Below are positions 27,759 to 37,030 of a DNA stretch of 64,000 nt, one piece after another. Position 1 is the stretch's first letter, and each line of letters begins with the position of its first letter. The position numbers were made by a program, and so were the translations under genes. The stretch spans positions 309-64,308 of the forward strand of contig JAUVAV010000011.1 of the NCBI GenBank assembly GCA_030591525.1, in the 5' to 3' direction. Source of the stretch: a candidate division FCPU426 bacterium. GTDB lineage: Bacteria; Oederibacteriota; JAAXVQ01; JAUVAV01. The notes under the pieces were generated by a model. That model worked only from the letters and a program-made list of their open reading frames with translations, did not search any database and had not been told where the DNA came from.

Positions 27759-28406
27759 GTGAAGATGAAATTTAAACATTTTATTACAAAATTGCTTGAT
27801 CTTGGTGCCGGGTTTTATGATCCTCTTATAGGATTGACTCTGGCGGAGAAGGAATTCAGAGAAAAGCTTCTGGAATTGGCGCATTTAAAAGGCAATGAAA
27901 AAGTTCTTGATATAGCGTGTGGAACCGGCACTTTTGCTCTGATGATCGCTGAAGCCCTGGACAGAGGTTATGTCTTTGCCATAGATATATCCACTAGAAT
28001 GGTGGAAACAGCTAAAAAGAAAGCAGAACAAAATAACTTTAAAATAGACTATAAGGTGGGAAGTTCCCTGGAGTTGCCATATAACAGCAATGAGTTCGAT
28101 CTAGTATTTACCAGCTTGATGTTTCATCATTTGGATTATGGAGAAAAAGCCCGGACTTTGTGCGAAATTTATCGGGTGCTTAAACCAGACGGGATGTATC
28201 TTTCGGTAGAATTTGGAGAATTTCCAACAGATGTTTTTCATCGCGCGATTCTCGGATTAACGCGATCATCCGGTACTCTGCATGGAATATATCCATGCCG
28301 CTTAATGGAAGCTGCAGGATTTTATATTGATGGCGAGATGGAAGGGCCGGCGCTTGCCGGACACCATAAGACAAAATACCGGGTACTAAGGAAAAGACTT
28401 ATTTAA
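27759..28406 (+). CDS. Class I SAM-dependent methyltransferase (UbiE-like)
   Basis: VLDIACGTG, AIDIS, LPY..NEFDLV, EIYRVLKPDG. Confidence 0.88.
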   Translation: MKMKFKHFITKLLDLGAGFYDPLIGLTLAEKEFREKLLELAHLKGNEKVLDIACGTGTFALMIAEALDRGYVFAIDISTRMVETAKKKAEQNNFKIDYKVGSSLELPYNSNEFDLVFTSLMFHHLDYGEKARTLCEIYRVLKPDGMYLSVEFGEFPTDVFHRAILGLTRSSGTLHGIYPCRLMEAAGFYIDGEMEGPALAGHHKTKYRVLRKRLI

Positions 28407-28489
28407 GGAGATACTCATTTATGACGGTTTTTTACAAGCGGTCAAGGTAAATTGAAGCCTCCAGAAGCATTACCGGGAAAAGGTGTAAT

Positions 28490-29248
28490 ATGGAAAAAAT
28501 AGATTTATTGTTTGCATTTGCCCTAACCACTGCGGCCGGGCTCTGTACCGGCATAGGCAGCGCCATTGCCTTTTTCATCCGGAAGCCAAAATACTCCTAT
28601 TTAGCGGTTTTATTGGGTTTTTCCGCGGGGGTAATGATATATATTTCTTTTGCAGAACTGCTCAGGGAAGCGATTGATAAAATCGGTTTTTCCACGGCTA
28701 ATGTCTACTTTTTCATCGGATTTATCTTCATAGCGATAATCGATATATCAATTCCGCACAGCTATATTGCTGAGAAAGCAGCGAAAGACAAGAATAATCT
28801 AAAGCGAGCCGGGCTTTTTTTAGCCCTGGGAATCGGGATTCATAATTTGCCGGAAGGGTTAGCTACTTTTGTCAGCGCATCTACAGGAGATATGAGATTA
28901 AGTCTGTCGATTGCCGCTGCTATTGCCATCCATAATATTCCCGAGGGTATCTCTGTCTCAGCGCCAATTTTTTATGCTACCAGAAGCCGTAAAAAGGCGT
29001 TTTTATACTCATTCGCATCCGGCCTGGCAGAGCCGGTAGGCGCATTAATTGGATATGTTTTGCTTCTGCCTTTTATATCCCGGGAACTTATTATGGGTCT
29101 TTTGGCTTTTGTGGCAGGTATTATGGTCTATATCAGCCTTGATGAGCTGCTGCCCCTTGCTCACAAATATGGGAAGGAGCATCATGTATTGATGGGACTG
29201 GCATTAGGAATGGCGGTTATGGCTTTTAGTCTCTGGATGCTTCGCTGA
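28490..29248 (+). CDS. zupT: ZIP-family metal transporter ZupT
   Basis: GFSAGVMIYISF.EL, IHNLPEG, IHNIPEG, SGLAEPVG, AGIMVYISLDELLP. Confidence 0.93.
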   Translation: MEKIDLLFAFALTTAAGLCTGIGSAIAFFIRKPKYSYLAVLLGFSAGVMIYISFAELLREAIDKIGFSTANVYFFIGFIFIAIIDISIPHSYIAEKAAKDKNNLKRAGLFLALGIGIHNLPEGLATFVSASTGDMRLSLSIAAAIAIHNIPEGISVSAPIFYATRSRKKAFLYSFASGLAEPVGALIGYVLLLPFISRELIMGLLAFVAGIMVYISLDELLPLAHKYGKEHHVLMGLALGMAVMAFSLWMLR

Positions 29249-29400
29249 TTATTTGAAAAAAATGATATAGGGTACCCCACCTTAGACGGTCACTTACACT
29301 ACATCAGTAACCGGTTACCCCGTCTCTACCCTTACCCTGGCGTCAACCGCAGCTGGTGAGTTGGTGAGCGGGTAATGCCTATATCCTGGAGTTCTTCATC

Positions 29401-30390
29401 TCATTCCACAAAAGTATAAATCAAGCCCAAGGTCAGGGTTTTCTTGATTTGGCGGAGGGGCGAGATGTCTTTATCATAGAACCACTGGATATTAAAAGCC
29501 ACGTTGAGGTATTTCGATATGCTGGCGGTAAAGAGATTATCCCAGCGCACATCGATTTGATCCGAGGCTTTTAAATTGGAGAAAATTTCCAGTTTGGAAG
29601 TGAAGGCCAGTATATCCGAGAATTTCAGACTCAAGTCAGTTACGGACTCCAGCCCGTACTCATGCTTGATTTTCTCGATTTCCCGGGTGTCAGGATTATC
29701 GGCATAGGGATGCGGAAATTGATTGGTGATGGTTTGCTTGGCGGCAAAACCGAGGCGGGTTTTAAAGAATCCGTCCCGGGCATATCCCACGCCTAAACTT
29801 TCGGTGCAGTAGCCGGGATCCATGAAATTCGAGATTGCGAGCTTGGCATCATTCGTGTATTCATATCCGGTGGTGAACTGAGTCTCGCCCTTTACAGCCA
29901 GAAAAGGGCTGATTGCGATTTTTAGTTTGTAATTGAACACGCTCTCCAGCTTGATCTCATCCACAGATTTTTTCAGTTCTTCGGCGCCGGCCCTGATTTG
30001 GCCGAAGGCCAATTTTCCGGTGTTGGACCAGTTATACTTTTCCTGATCATTGATATAGTTTCCCAGGAGGGTGACCTGCCAGGAAAGCGAATCCTCCCCG
30101 CCTTGCGACCAGTTGTCAAAGGAGTTCTGGGCCAGGTTTAGCCGGCCGATTATCTCCGGTTTCCAGCCGTAATTAGAGTTGGCGGATTCTTTGGCAGTCA
30201 AAACATCGGTGGTTGATGCCTGGGGTTCGGCGGGCGTTGGGGGAGCGGATGTTTCTGCGGCCGCGCTTTCCGGAGTTGTCTGGACAGCCGGCGTATCCAC
30301 GGGAGCGATTTCCTGTACGGTTTGAGCCCATCCGGAGGATGAAGTAGACATTAGCAAAAAGAAGAGTATTGAAAGGAATATGTTTTTCAT
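29401..30390 (-). CDS. DUF3078-like outer-membrane beta-barrel protein
   Basis: Signal peptide, Pro/Ala/Thr linker, NWSQGGE, KSVDEI, TQFTTGY, FMDPGY, alternating C-terminal strands. Confidence 0.75.
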   Translation of the reverse strand: MKNIFLSILFFLLMSTSSSGWAQTVQEIAPVDTPAVQTTPESAAAETSAPPTPAEPQASTTDVLTAKESANSNYGWKPEIIGRLNLAQNSFDNWSQGGEDSLSWQVTLLGNYINDQEKYNWSNTGKLAFGQIRAGAEELKKSVDEIKLESVFNYKLKIAISPFLAVKGETQFTTGYEYTNDAKLAISNFMDPGYCTESLGVGYARDGFFKTRLGFAAKQTITNQFPHPYADNPDTREIEKIKHEYGLESVTDLSLKFSDILAFTSKLEIFSNLKASDQIDVRWDNLFTASISKYLNVAFNIQWFYDKDISPLRQIKKTLTLGLIYTFVE

Positions 30391-30450
30391 TATAGAGTCT
30401 CCTTGTTTTTTGAAATATCTTAACCGTTTGTTATGGCGAATTCCGAAGTT

Positions 30451-30478
30451 GTAGGGGCGTTTAATTAAACGCCCCTAC
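30451..30478. repeat. 28-bp perfect GTAG REP palindrome
   Basis: Identical to 7548-7575. Confidence 0.85.
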
Positions 30479-30705
30479 ATTCCCTGGGTGGCAAATCCCG
30501 GCTTGCTGGAGGTTGAAAAAATCACGAAATATTCAAGTGCGGGAAAACAAATAATTGTATGTTTAGCATAAAAACATGGCAGGGTCAATTACATATTTTT
30601 ATTTACCGCTCTTTAATTTATTGATACTATTAGCCTTTAGGCTTTTGCCCACACTAAAAGTGGTAATCGAAAAAGGACTGAATCTATTTTGAGAAAGGCC
30701 GGATA

Positions 30706-32025
30706 ATGGATAAACCAACTGAATTTCGGGTTTACGCCAGCAGTTATAATCCTAAAGTAATGGTTTTACGTATCCAGGGATTTATTGACGTAAACGCGGC
30801 TCCGGATTTTGTGCGGGAGCTGGAAAAGCTGCTGAAAACCGGACATTTTCGTATTCTGGTCGATATGGCCGAGGTTACCTATATAAGTTCGGCCGGAATT
30901 GGAGTTTTTGTGGGGATGCTGGAAGCGGCCCGTTCCGGAGAAGAAGGAGACATTAAAGTCTGCCGGGCGGCCCCCAAGTTGATGAAGGTTTTTGAGGCCA
31001 TTGGATTAAAATATATGATGGATTTCCTGGCGAAGGAGTCCGAAGTGGAATTTTGGGGCAAACCGCCCAAGATAATGGAACGGCTGGATAATTTCCATAT
31101 TTCCTTGGTTGACAACGAGGTGTTTTGCGGACAAGAATTCGTCCTCCGGGTGGAGGCCCGGGATGCCGACCGGAATATTATCTGGAATTATCGCGGCGAA
31201 CCACGGTTAATCGTGAACAGCGGCCTGGTATTGCCTCGCAAACTGGCAGGTTTCCAGGCGGGTGTTTGGGAAGGCAAGGTCGTAGTCACGGATTCCGGAA
31301 TGTTAACCCTGATTCTGGTGGATGAACAGACTGAAAGTCGTTTGGATATTCTCGTAAAGGAGAAACCTCATAAAGCGAAATTTCCTTGTGCGATTACCTG
31401 CCGCTGTTGCGGTCAGGTGGCGCAGGTGAGGGGAATGGATATATACCGCTGCCGGCATTGCAACGAGATAGTATATGTCGATGCCTGGGCGCATCTTCTG
31501 ACGCTTAAGTCCGGAAGCCGGGCCCGGCGGATCAAGTCCCGCTATAAGGGTATGGAGTTGAAAATCAACGGGGATGTTAATTACCTGAATGCCATCCGGA
31601 GATTTATTAATAGTTTATGTGAACAGGAGAACCTGGACGAACTTACGACCAATGCGGTGATACTCACTACCGAAGAAGCGCTGCTTAATATTATCGAGCA
31701 TGGGAATAATTTTGATCCCCGCCAGATGCTGAAAATAAAGCTGAGTTTCCAGAAAAAGCAATTAACCGTACAAATCCGCGACTACGGAGATCCGCATGAT
31801 GTCACCCAACATCAAAGCGTATCCATCAAGTCCTGTATCCGGAAAGGCATGAAAGGCGGAGTGGGCGGCGTGTTGATAAACAAGCTAATGGACCGGGTTA
31901 CCTATCGGAGCTATGAAAATTATAATCAACTTAACCTGGTTAAACGCTATCCCGTGGCCCCCGGGCGGCGCCGGAAAAGCGGCTCCTCTGCGGAACCGGC
32001 AGTGACATCTTTCCAGTCGGCGTAA
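30706..32025 (+). CDS. Fusion: STAS anti-anti-sigma + beta-rich domain + Cys4 ribbon + RsbW-type HATPase kinase
   Basis: G.ID...AP, YISSAGIG; CRCC...CRHC; EEALLNIIEHG, DYG, GGVGGVLINKLMD. Confidence 0.85.
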   Translation: MDKPTEFRVYASSYNPKVMVLRIQGFIDVNAAPDFVRELEKLLKTGHFRILVDMAEVTYISSAGIGVFVGMLEAARSGEEGDIKVCRAAPKLMKVFEAIGLKYMMDFLAKESEVEFWGKPPKIMERLDNFHISLVDNEVFCGQEFVLRVEARDADRNIIWNYRGEPRLIVNSGLVLPRKLAGFQAGVWEGKVVVTDSGMLTLILVDEQTESRLDILVKEKPHKAKFPCAITCRCCGQVAQVRGMDIYRCRHCNEIVYVDAWAHLLTLKSGSRARRIKSRYKGMELKINGDVNYLNAIRRFINSLCEQENLDELTTNAVILTTEEALLNIIEHGNNFDPRQMLKIKLSFQKKQLTVQIRDYGDPHDVTQHQSVSIKSCIRKGMKGGVGGVLINKLMDRVTYRSYENYNQLNLVKRYPVAPGRRRKSGSSAEPAVTSFQSA

Positions 32026-32029
32026 TAGT

Positions 32030-32656
32030 ATGCCCAGATTCAGCCGATGGCCGGCAGGGATTTTTACAGCGGCGGGGATAATATTTCCGGTTTTGCTGGG
32101 TCTGCCTGTCAGCGGTTTAACCCATCCCCATCTCTTTGTGGATTACGAGCTTTTTTTTGTTTTTAATGATAAGGGGCTGACCGGCATAAAAGAAAGATGG
32201 ACTTTTGACGAGATGTTCAGCACCATGGTCAGGGAAGAATACGACCGGGACCGTAATAAGATCTTCGATTCCACGGAGATACTGGAGATTGAACGAACCG
32301 CTTTTTCAAATTTGGAGAATTTCGACTATTTTACCTTTATCCGGATAGGCCGGGAGGAATTAACCGTTAAAGGGGTAGGGGAGTTTACGGCCGACATCCA
32401 TGAGGAAAGGGTAAGATATACTTTTTTTGTTCCTTGCCCGGTGCCCGCCACGGAGCATTTTAAAAGCCTGCAAGTTTCGATTTTCGACAAGTCCTATTAT
32501 ACGGCCCTGCAAATGGCGGATGATAAGCTGATTTTACAGGGCGCGGAACCGTATTATTCCGTGGAAACCAAGATTAAGCGGGCGAAGGAATTTATTTGCT
32601 ATGAGGAAGATGGATTTCCCGAGACCGTGGTAATCCGATTTAAGCGCCGGCCATGA
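32030..32656 (+). CDS. DUF1007 periplasmic protein
   Basis: Signal peptide then HPHLFVD, WTFDEMFS, FDKSYY. Confidence 0.85.
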   Translation: MPRFSRWPAGIFTAAGIIFPVLLGLPVSGLTHPHLFVDYELFFVFNDKGLTGIKERWTFDEMFSTMVREEYDRDRNKIFDSTEILEIERTAFSNLENFDYFTFIRIGREELTVKGVGEFTADIHEERVRYTFFVPCPVPATEHFKSLQVSIFDKSYYTALQMADDKLILQGAEPYYSVETKIKRAKEFICYEEDGFPETVVIRFKRRP

Positions 32657-32659
32657 GAT

Positions 32660-32700
32660 GTAACCTGTCAGTCATAGTACCAACATGACTGACAGGTTAC
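32660..32700. repeat. Perfect 16-bp stem-loop
   Basis: gtaacctgtcagtcat-9 nt-atgactgacaggttac, directly after the DUF1007 stop. Confidence 0.75.
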
Positions 32701-32778
32701 GAAGCATTTGAACCTTGAACATAGATAATAATATTCAAATGCGATCAATTTTCGGTTTTCTATTCTCAACGCTTGATT

Positions 32779-32927
32779 CCAGGAGTTTGAGTATTTAGTC
32801 TGATTTTTTTAATTCCTGAGCAATAGAGCAATAGAAAATAGACCGCAATTGAGTTTTTCTATTGCTCTATTCTCAATTGCTCTGGAGTTTGAGCAATTAA
32901 TCTATGACTAATTGCTCAAACTCCTAG
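32779..32927. mobile_element. CTAG-ended MITE-like element, copy A
   Basis: Imperfect terminal inverted repeats c(c/t)aggagtttgag...ctcaaactcctag; approximately the reverse complement of 40144-40300. A degenerate partial copy precedes it (~32701-32770). Confidence 0.7.
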
Positions 32928-32948
32928 TACCGTAAGTGAAAGGCTGCC

Positions 32949-33854
32949 ATGAAGTCCTTGTTTTTATTGCTGTCACTGGCCTGGCTTTTAGGAGCGTCTC
33001 CGCTGTATGCCGGCGTAAATCCCTTTATGGCCGGAACCGGGGACCGGACGGCGATCAAGCCCAGAGCGGGAAAAATCATCCTGTTCCAGCCCCTGGTTAA
33101 TTTCAGTCACCGGGTCCAGAAGGAACTCAGAATTAAAATAACGGCTTTTGGCCGGGACATACGCCGCCATCCCGGCGGGAAATCTTTTTGGTGTTTTTTA
33201 CTTCTGGCTTTTGCTTACGGCATAGTTCACGCTTTGGGGCCGGGGCATGGAAAAACTATTGTTACGTCCTATTTTTTATGGCGGCCGGGAAGTATGCGCC
33301 AAGGATTTCTGCTGGGCAACTTGATAGCTTTTGTCCATGTTTTTTCGGCTGTAATACTGGTGATGACGCTGTATTACGTTTTAAAAAAGAGCGGCCTGAC
33401 CTCATTTGAGGGTTGGAGTCACAAACTCCAGACTATCAGTTATTCCCTATTAATGGTTCTGGGGTTTTTCCTGGCCTGGCGGGCTGGGATTGAGTTTAAA
33501 GCTGGGAGGTCCCCAACGGAAAAGGCCCCTTCCACGGACACCGGTATGAAAAACTTGATGATTACCGGCTTGATCACGGGAATGATCCCTTGTCCCGGTG
33601 CGGCCATCATACTTTCCTTTGCCATTATTGTGGGTATCCTATGGCCGGGTTTATGGGCCATGGTGTGCGTGGCTTTGGGCATGGGAATTACTACCTCCAG
33701 TTTTGCTCTGGTTACGATCTTATCCCGCAGAACCATCCTCCGGTTGGCGAACCGGAATTCTAAAATGCTAATGCTGTCCCACGCTATCTTGTCCTGGAGT
33801 GGAGCTCTGGTCATCATAGCCCTCAGCCTGCTTTTACTGATTGAACAGCTTTAA
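32949..33854 (+). CDS. RcnA/NiCoT-like nickel/cobalt transporter
   Basis: AFAYGIVHALGPGHGKTI, GMIPCPGA; usual partner of DUF1007. Confidence 0.87.
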   Translation: MKSLFLLLSLAWLLGASPLYAGVNPFMAGTGDRTAIKPRAGKIILFQPLVNFSHRVQKELRIKITAFGRDIRRHPGGKSFWCFLLLAFAYGIVHALGPGHGKTIVTSYFLWRPGSMRQGFLLGNLIAFVHVFSAVILVMTLYYVLKKSGLTSFEGWSHKLQTISYSLLMVLGFFLAWRAGIEFKAGRSPTEKAPSTDTGMKNLMITGLITGMIPCPGAAIILSFAIIVGILWPGLWAMVCVALGMGITTSSFALVTILSRRTILRLANRNSKMLMLSHAILSWSGALVIIALSLLLLIEQL

Positions 33855-33897
33855 AAAGGTAATATATTAGCCGTTCGTTATGGCATCATCAGCAATT

Positions 33898-34021
33898 GTA
33901 GGGGCGTTTAATATGTTAACCGCGAATTCCCCTGTTTTGTCATTCCGAGGAAGCGAAGCGAACGAGGAATCTCTTTGAAAACTAGGGGTTTTAGAGATTC
34001 CTCGCTTTGCTCGGAATGACA
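33898..34021. repeat. Half GTAG REP followed by a TGTCATTCCG-type palindromic element
   Basis: gtaggggcgtttaat is truncated at 33912. tgtcattccgag/ctcggaatgaca (33938/34010) encloses cgaggaatctct/agagattcctcg. Confidence 0.7.
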
Positions 34022-34075
34022 TTTTGGAAAGAAAAAGCTTATTGGAAACAGTCCCTAAAAAAGCCCTGTTCCGTT

Positions 34076-35866
34076 TCAGCCGGGGGGGGAATTATCGGAG
34101 AGAGGATGAGGCCGGGATAAACAGCGGTTGTCTTTTAAAAGCGCGGTAAATTCCGGCGCGGGTATGGGACGAGAAAAAAGATATCCCTGAAATTCATCGC
34201 AGCCCAAGTTGGTCAGAAAATCCAATTGCTTTTCATCCTCTACCCCTTCGGCGGTTACCTTGACCTTTAAACTGTGGGCCATGTAAGTTATGGTTGTGAC
34301 AATGGCGGTATCGTCGGTATTGGTAAGGCACTCCTTAACGAAAGAGCGATCGATTTTCAGGGTGTTAATGGGAAAACGTTTCAGATAGGTCAGTGAGGAA
34401 TAGCCGGTGCCAAAATCGTCGATAGCGATCTTGATCCCTTTTTTATTTAACCAGCGCAGAATCATGGAAGTGACGCTTACATCTTTCATGAGAATGCTTT
34501 CCGTGAGTTCCAATTCCAGTAAGCGGGGATCCATTCCGGTCTGGTGGCATACGTCCAGAACCATTTCTACCAGTTCCGGTTCCTGGAATTGACGTCCGGA
34601 AAGATTAACTCCGATTCGCAGGGGCGGAAATCCCAGGTTTTGCCAGGCGATGTTTTGGAGGCAAGCGGTTCTTAAGACCCATTTTCCTATGGGAACAATC
34701 ATGCCGGTTTCCTCGGCGAGAGGAATAAATTGATCCGGCATGATCATGCCGGTAGTCGGATGCTGCCAGCGCAGCAGTGCTTCCATTCCGGTTATCCGGC
34801 CGGTTCGTAAGCTGACTTGCGGCTGATAATAAACCTGGAATTCCTCCCGCTCCAGGGCGTGACGCATGGCGGTTTCCATGGAAAGGCGCTTGAGGGCGCT
34901 GGCGTTGAGTTGGGAAGTATAAAATTTATAATGGTTGCGGCCGGAGTTTTTGGCCTCGTTTAAGGCCGTATCGGCGTTTTTCAACAGGGACATATGATCC
35001 TCGCCGTCCTCCGGATAAAGGCAGATTCCAATGCTGGCATTAATTTGCAGTTCGTGGTTTTCACATAGAAAAGGTTCTTGCAGTGCTTCCATCAGGGTTT
35101 TGATTCTATTCAGAGCTTCGCGGAAATTATTAATATGGGGGAATAGCACGATGAATTCATCTTGCCCCATACGGGCCAGCGTATCGCCTTCCTGCAGATT
35201 TTCGCTCAAGCGCTTAGCGACGAGTTGCAGTAATTGATCTCCAATTATATGTCCCAGGGTGTCGTTGATAACCTTAAACCGGTCCAGATCCAGCAAGGCT
35301 ACGGCTGTCTGGTGTCCTAAAAGGTGGGCTTCTTCCAATGCCAGCTTAAGGCGGTCATTAAAAAGCGAACGGTTGGGCAGACCGGTAAGGGGATCATAAA
35401 ACGCCAGGTGTTCGATTAATTGTTCAGACCGCTTGTGAACGGTGATGTCTTCCAGGTAACAGAGATAGTATGAAATTTGTCCTGGCGGATTCAGCAAGGG
35501 TTTTAAGGTGGCGAGACCCCAGAATAATTCTCCGTTTTTCTTGCGCAGGCGGAATTCACCCGCCCATTTCTCGCCGGCGGTGATAGTATTCCATATTTTT
35601 TTGTAATCGTCAGTGTTCTGCTTGCCGGGATAAAAAAAGTTTAAATTAAGTTTGAGAATTTCCTCGACGGTATAACCGGTGAGCTGGGCAAAACGGGTGT
35701 TGGCGTATTTAATATCTCCCTGGCTGTCAGCTACTACTACGGTGATAGGACAATGTTCTATAGTGCTGGAAAGCAAGTGAAATTGGGATGGGGGTTTTAA
35801 TTTTTTAATAAAGGACAATAATTCATGAGGAGTCTTTGGAGTTTTCTCGTCTGTGGCCATATGCAT
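34076..35866 (-). CDS. PAS-GGDEF-EAL c-di-GMP enzyme with GQDEF variant
   Basis: PAS/PAC, DPLTGLPNR, DLDRFK.INDTLGH, RMGQDEF, EALLRW, ELELTES, DDFGTGYS, KIDRSF, AEGVE, QGYLFS. Confidence 0.93.
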   Translation of the reverse strand: MHMATDEKTPKTPHELLSFIKKLKPPSQFHLLSSTIEHCPITVVVADSQGDIKYANTRFAQLTGYTVEEILKLNLNFFYPGKQNTDDYKKIWNTITAGEKWAGEFRLRKKNGELFWGLATLKPLLNPPGQISYYLCYLEDITVHKRSEQLIEHLAFYDPLTGLPNRSLFNDRLKLALEEAHLLGHQTAVALLDLDRFKVINDTLGHIIGDQLLQLVAKRLSENLQEGDTLARMGQDEFIVLFPHINNFREALNRIKTLMEALQEPFLCENHELQINASIGICLYPEDGEDHMSLLKNADTALNEAKNSGRNHYKFYTSQLNASALKRLSMETAMRHALEREEFQVYYQPQVSLRTGRITGMEALLRWQHPTTGMIMPDQFIPLAEETGMIVPIGKWVLRTACLQNIAWQNLGFPPLRIGVNLSGRQFQEPELVEMVLDVCHQTGMDPRLLELELTESILMKDVSVTSMILRWLNKKGIKIAIDDFGTGYSSLTYLKRFPINTLKIDRSFVKECLTNTDDTAIVTTITYMAHSLKVKVTAEGVEDEKQLDFLTNLGCDEFQGYLFSRPIPAPEFTALLKDNRCLSRPHPLSDNSPPG

Positions 35867-35947
35867 CCTCGATTATATACCCGAACCGCCGGGGTTGATG
35901 CTTTTGGTACGGAAAATCTTCGGACAACTACTTGACTATGCAACTCA

Positions 35948-36058
35948 TTGCTGTCTAAATTAATCTGGATACCGGCTTTCGCCGGTATGACAAGCTAAGG
36001 CAAAGTCAAAAAATGGATGTCATTCCGGCATGATTTTAACCGGAATCCAGTTTGGACA
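35948..36058. repeat. TGTCATTCCG-type element, second copy
   Basis: Near-identical to 7601-7702; bounded by tgtctaaa...tttggaca. Confidence 0.75.
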
Positions 36059-36102
36059 CACATATATAAAATTATGATAACAATATAATATGCAATTTTC
36101 AA

Positions 36103-36859
36103 CTAAAATACTTCATGCTTTCCCAGATATCGCCACTGTCCGATCGGCAGCTTGCCAAGCGTGACGGCTCCGATCCGCACGCGTTTGATAGCTGTTACTT
36201 CAAGTTTGACTTGTTGGCACATGCGTCTAATCTGGCGTTTCCGGCCTTCGTTTAGAATAAATTGAAGTTGGTCAGGGTTAAGCAGTTTTACGCGCGCTGC
36301 TTTCAGGGGACGACCGTCCAGTGCCAGTCCGAATTTTAATAGCTTGACAGCTTGGTCTGTGAGATGGCCCTTAAAGCGTACGAGGTATTCCTTTTCCAGT
36401 CTCGACGGGGAGCCAACCAGCTTGCCGGGCGATGCGCCCGTCCTGTGTCAGGACCAGCAGTCCCTGGGAATTGATATCCAACCGGCCGGCCGGTGCGAGG
36501 CCTTTCAGATGGCCGGGCTTAAATTGCAACGGGGAGGTATCTTGGGGAAAACGAGTCTCAGGTTTGATCAAGGAAATCGCGGGCGCATACCCTTTTTCCG
36601 GCTGGGCAGAAACCACGCCCAGGGGTTTATTAAGTAAAATAGTCACCGTCTGATTTTGTCTGGCTAGGGCGCGGGTGTCCAGAACTACTTTCTGATGAGG
36701 ATAGACTTTCGTTCCCAGAGTGTTTATAGGAAGATTGTCCACGTATACCCAGCCTCGTTCAATATAATTATCCGCTTCGCGCCGGGAACAGAGTCCGGTT
36801 TGCACCATTAGTTTTGAGAGCCGGATGGTTTTTGCCGGGGCGGGATGTTTATTGGTCAT
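36103..36859 (-). pseudogene. rRNA pseudouridine synthase (RsuA/RluB/RluF family) with a +1 frameshift near 36421
   Basis: [20 protein letters not shown] in one frame. [16 protein letters not shown]...NEGRKRQIRRMC...KRVRIG...GQWRYL continues in the next frame to TAG at 36103. Confidence 0.85.
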
Positions 36860-36924
36860 TTTTATATCCAATCTTTAGCCTGGGTATGGTCTAAAACATA
36901 AACATGTTTATGTTCAGGTAGTGG

Positions 36925-36952
36925 GTAGGGGCAAGGCATGCCTTGCCCCTAC
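36925..36952. repeat. 28-bp perfect GTAG REP palindrome
   Basis: gtaggggcaaggcatgccttgcccctac. Confidence 0.85.
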
Positions 36953-37030
36953 TGTGACTAAAAAAAATCAAGAAAATTCAATCTAATTATGATATAGTAT
37001 CAAAAAAATCGAGAGTAAAGAAGGACTATC

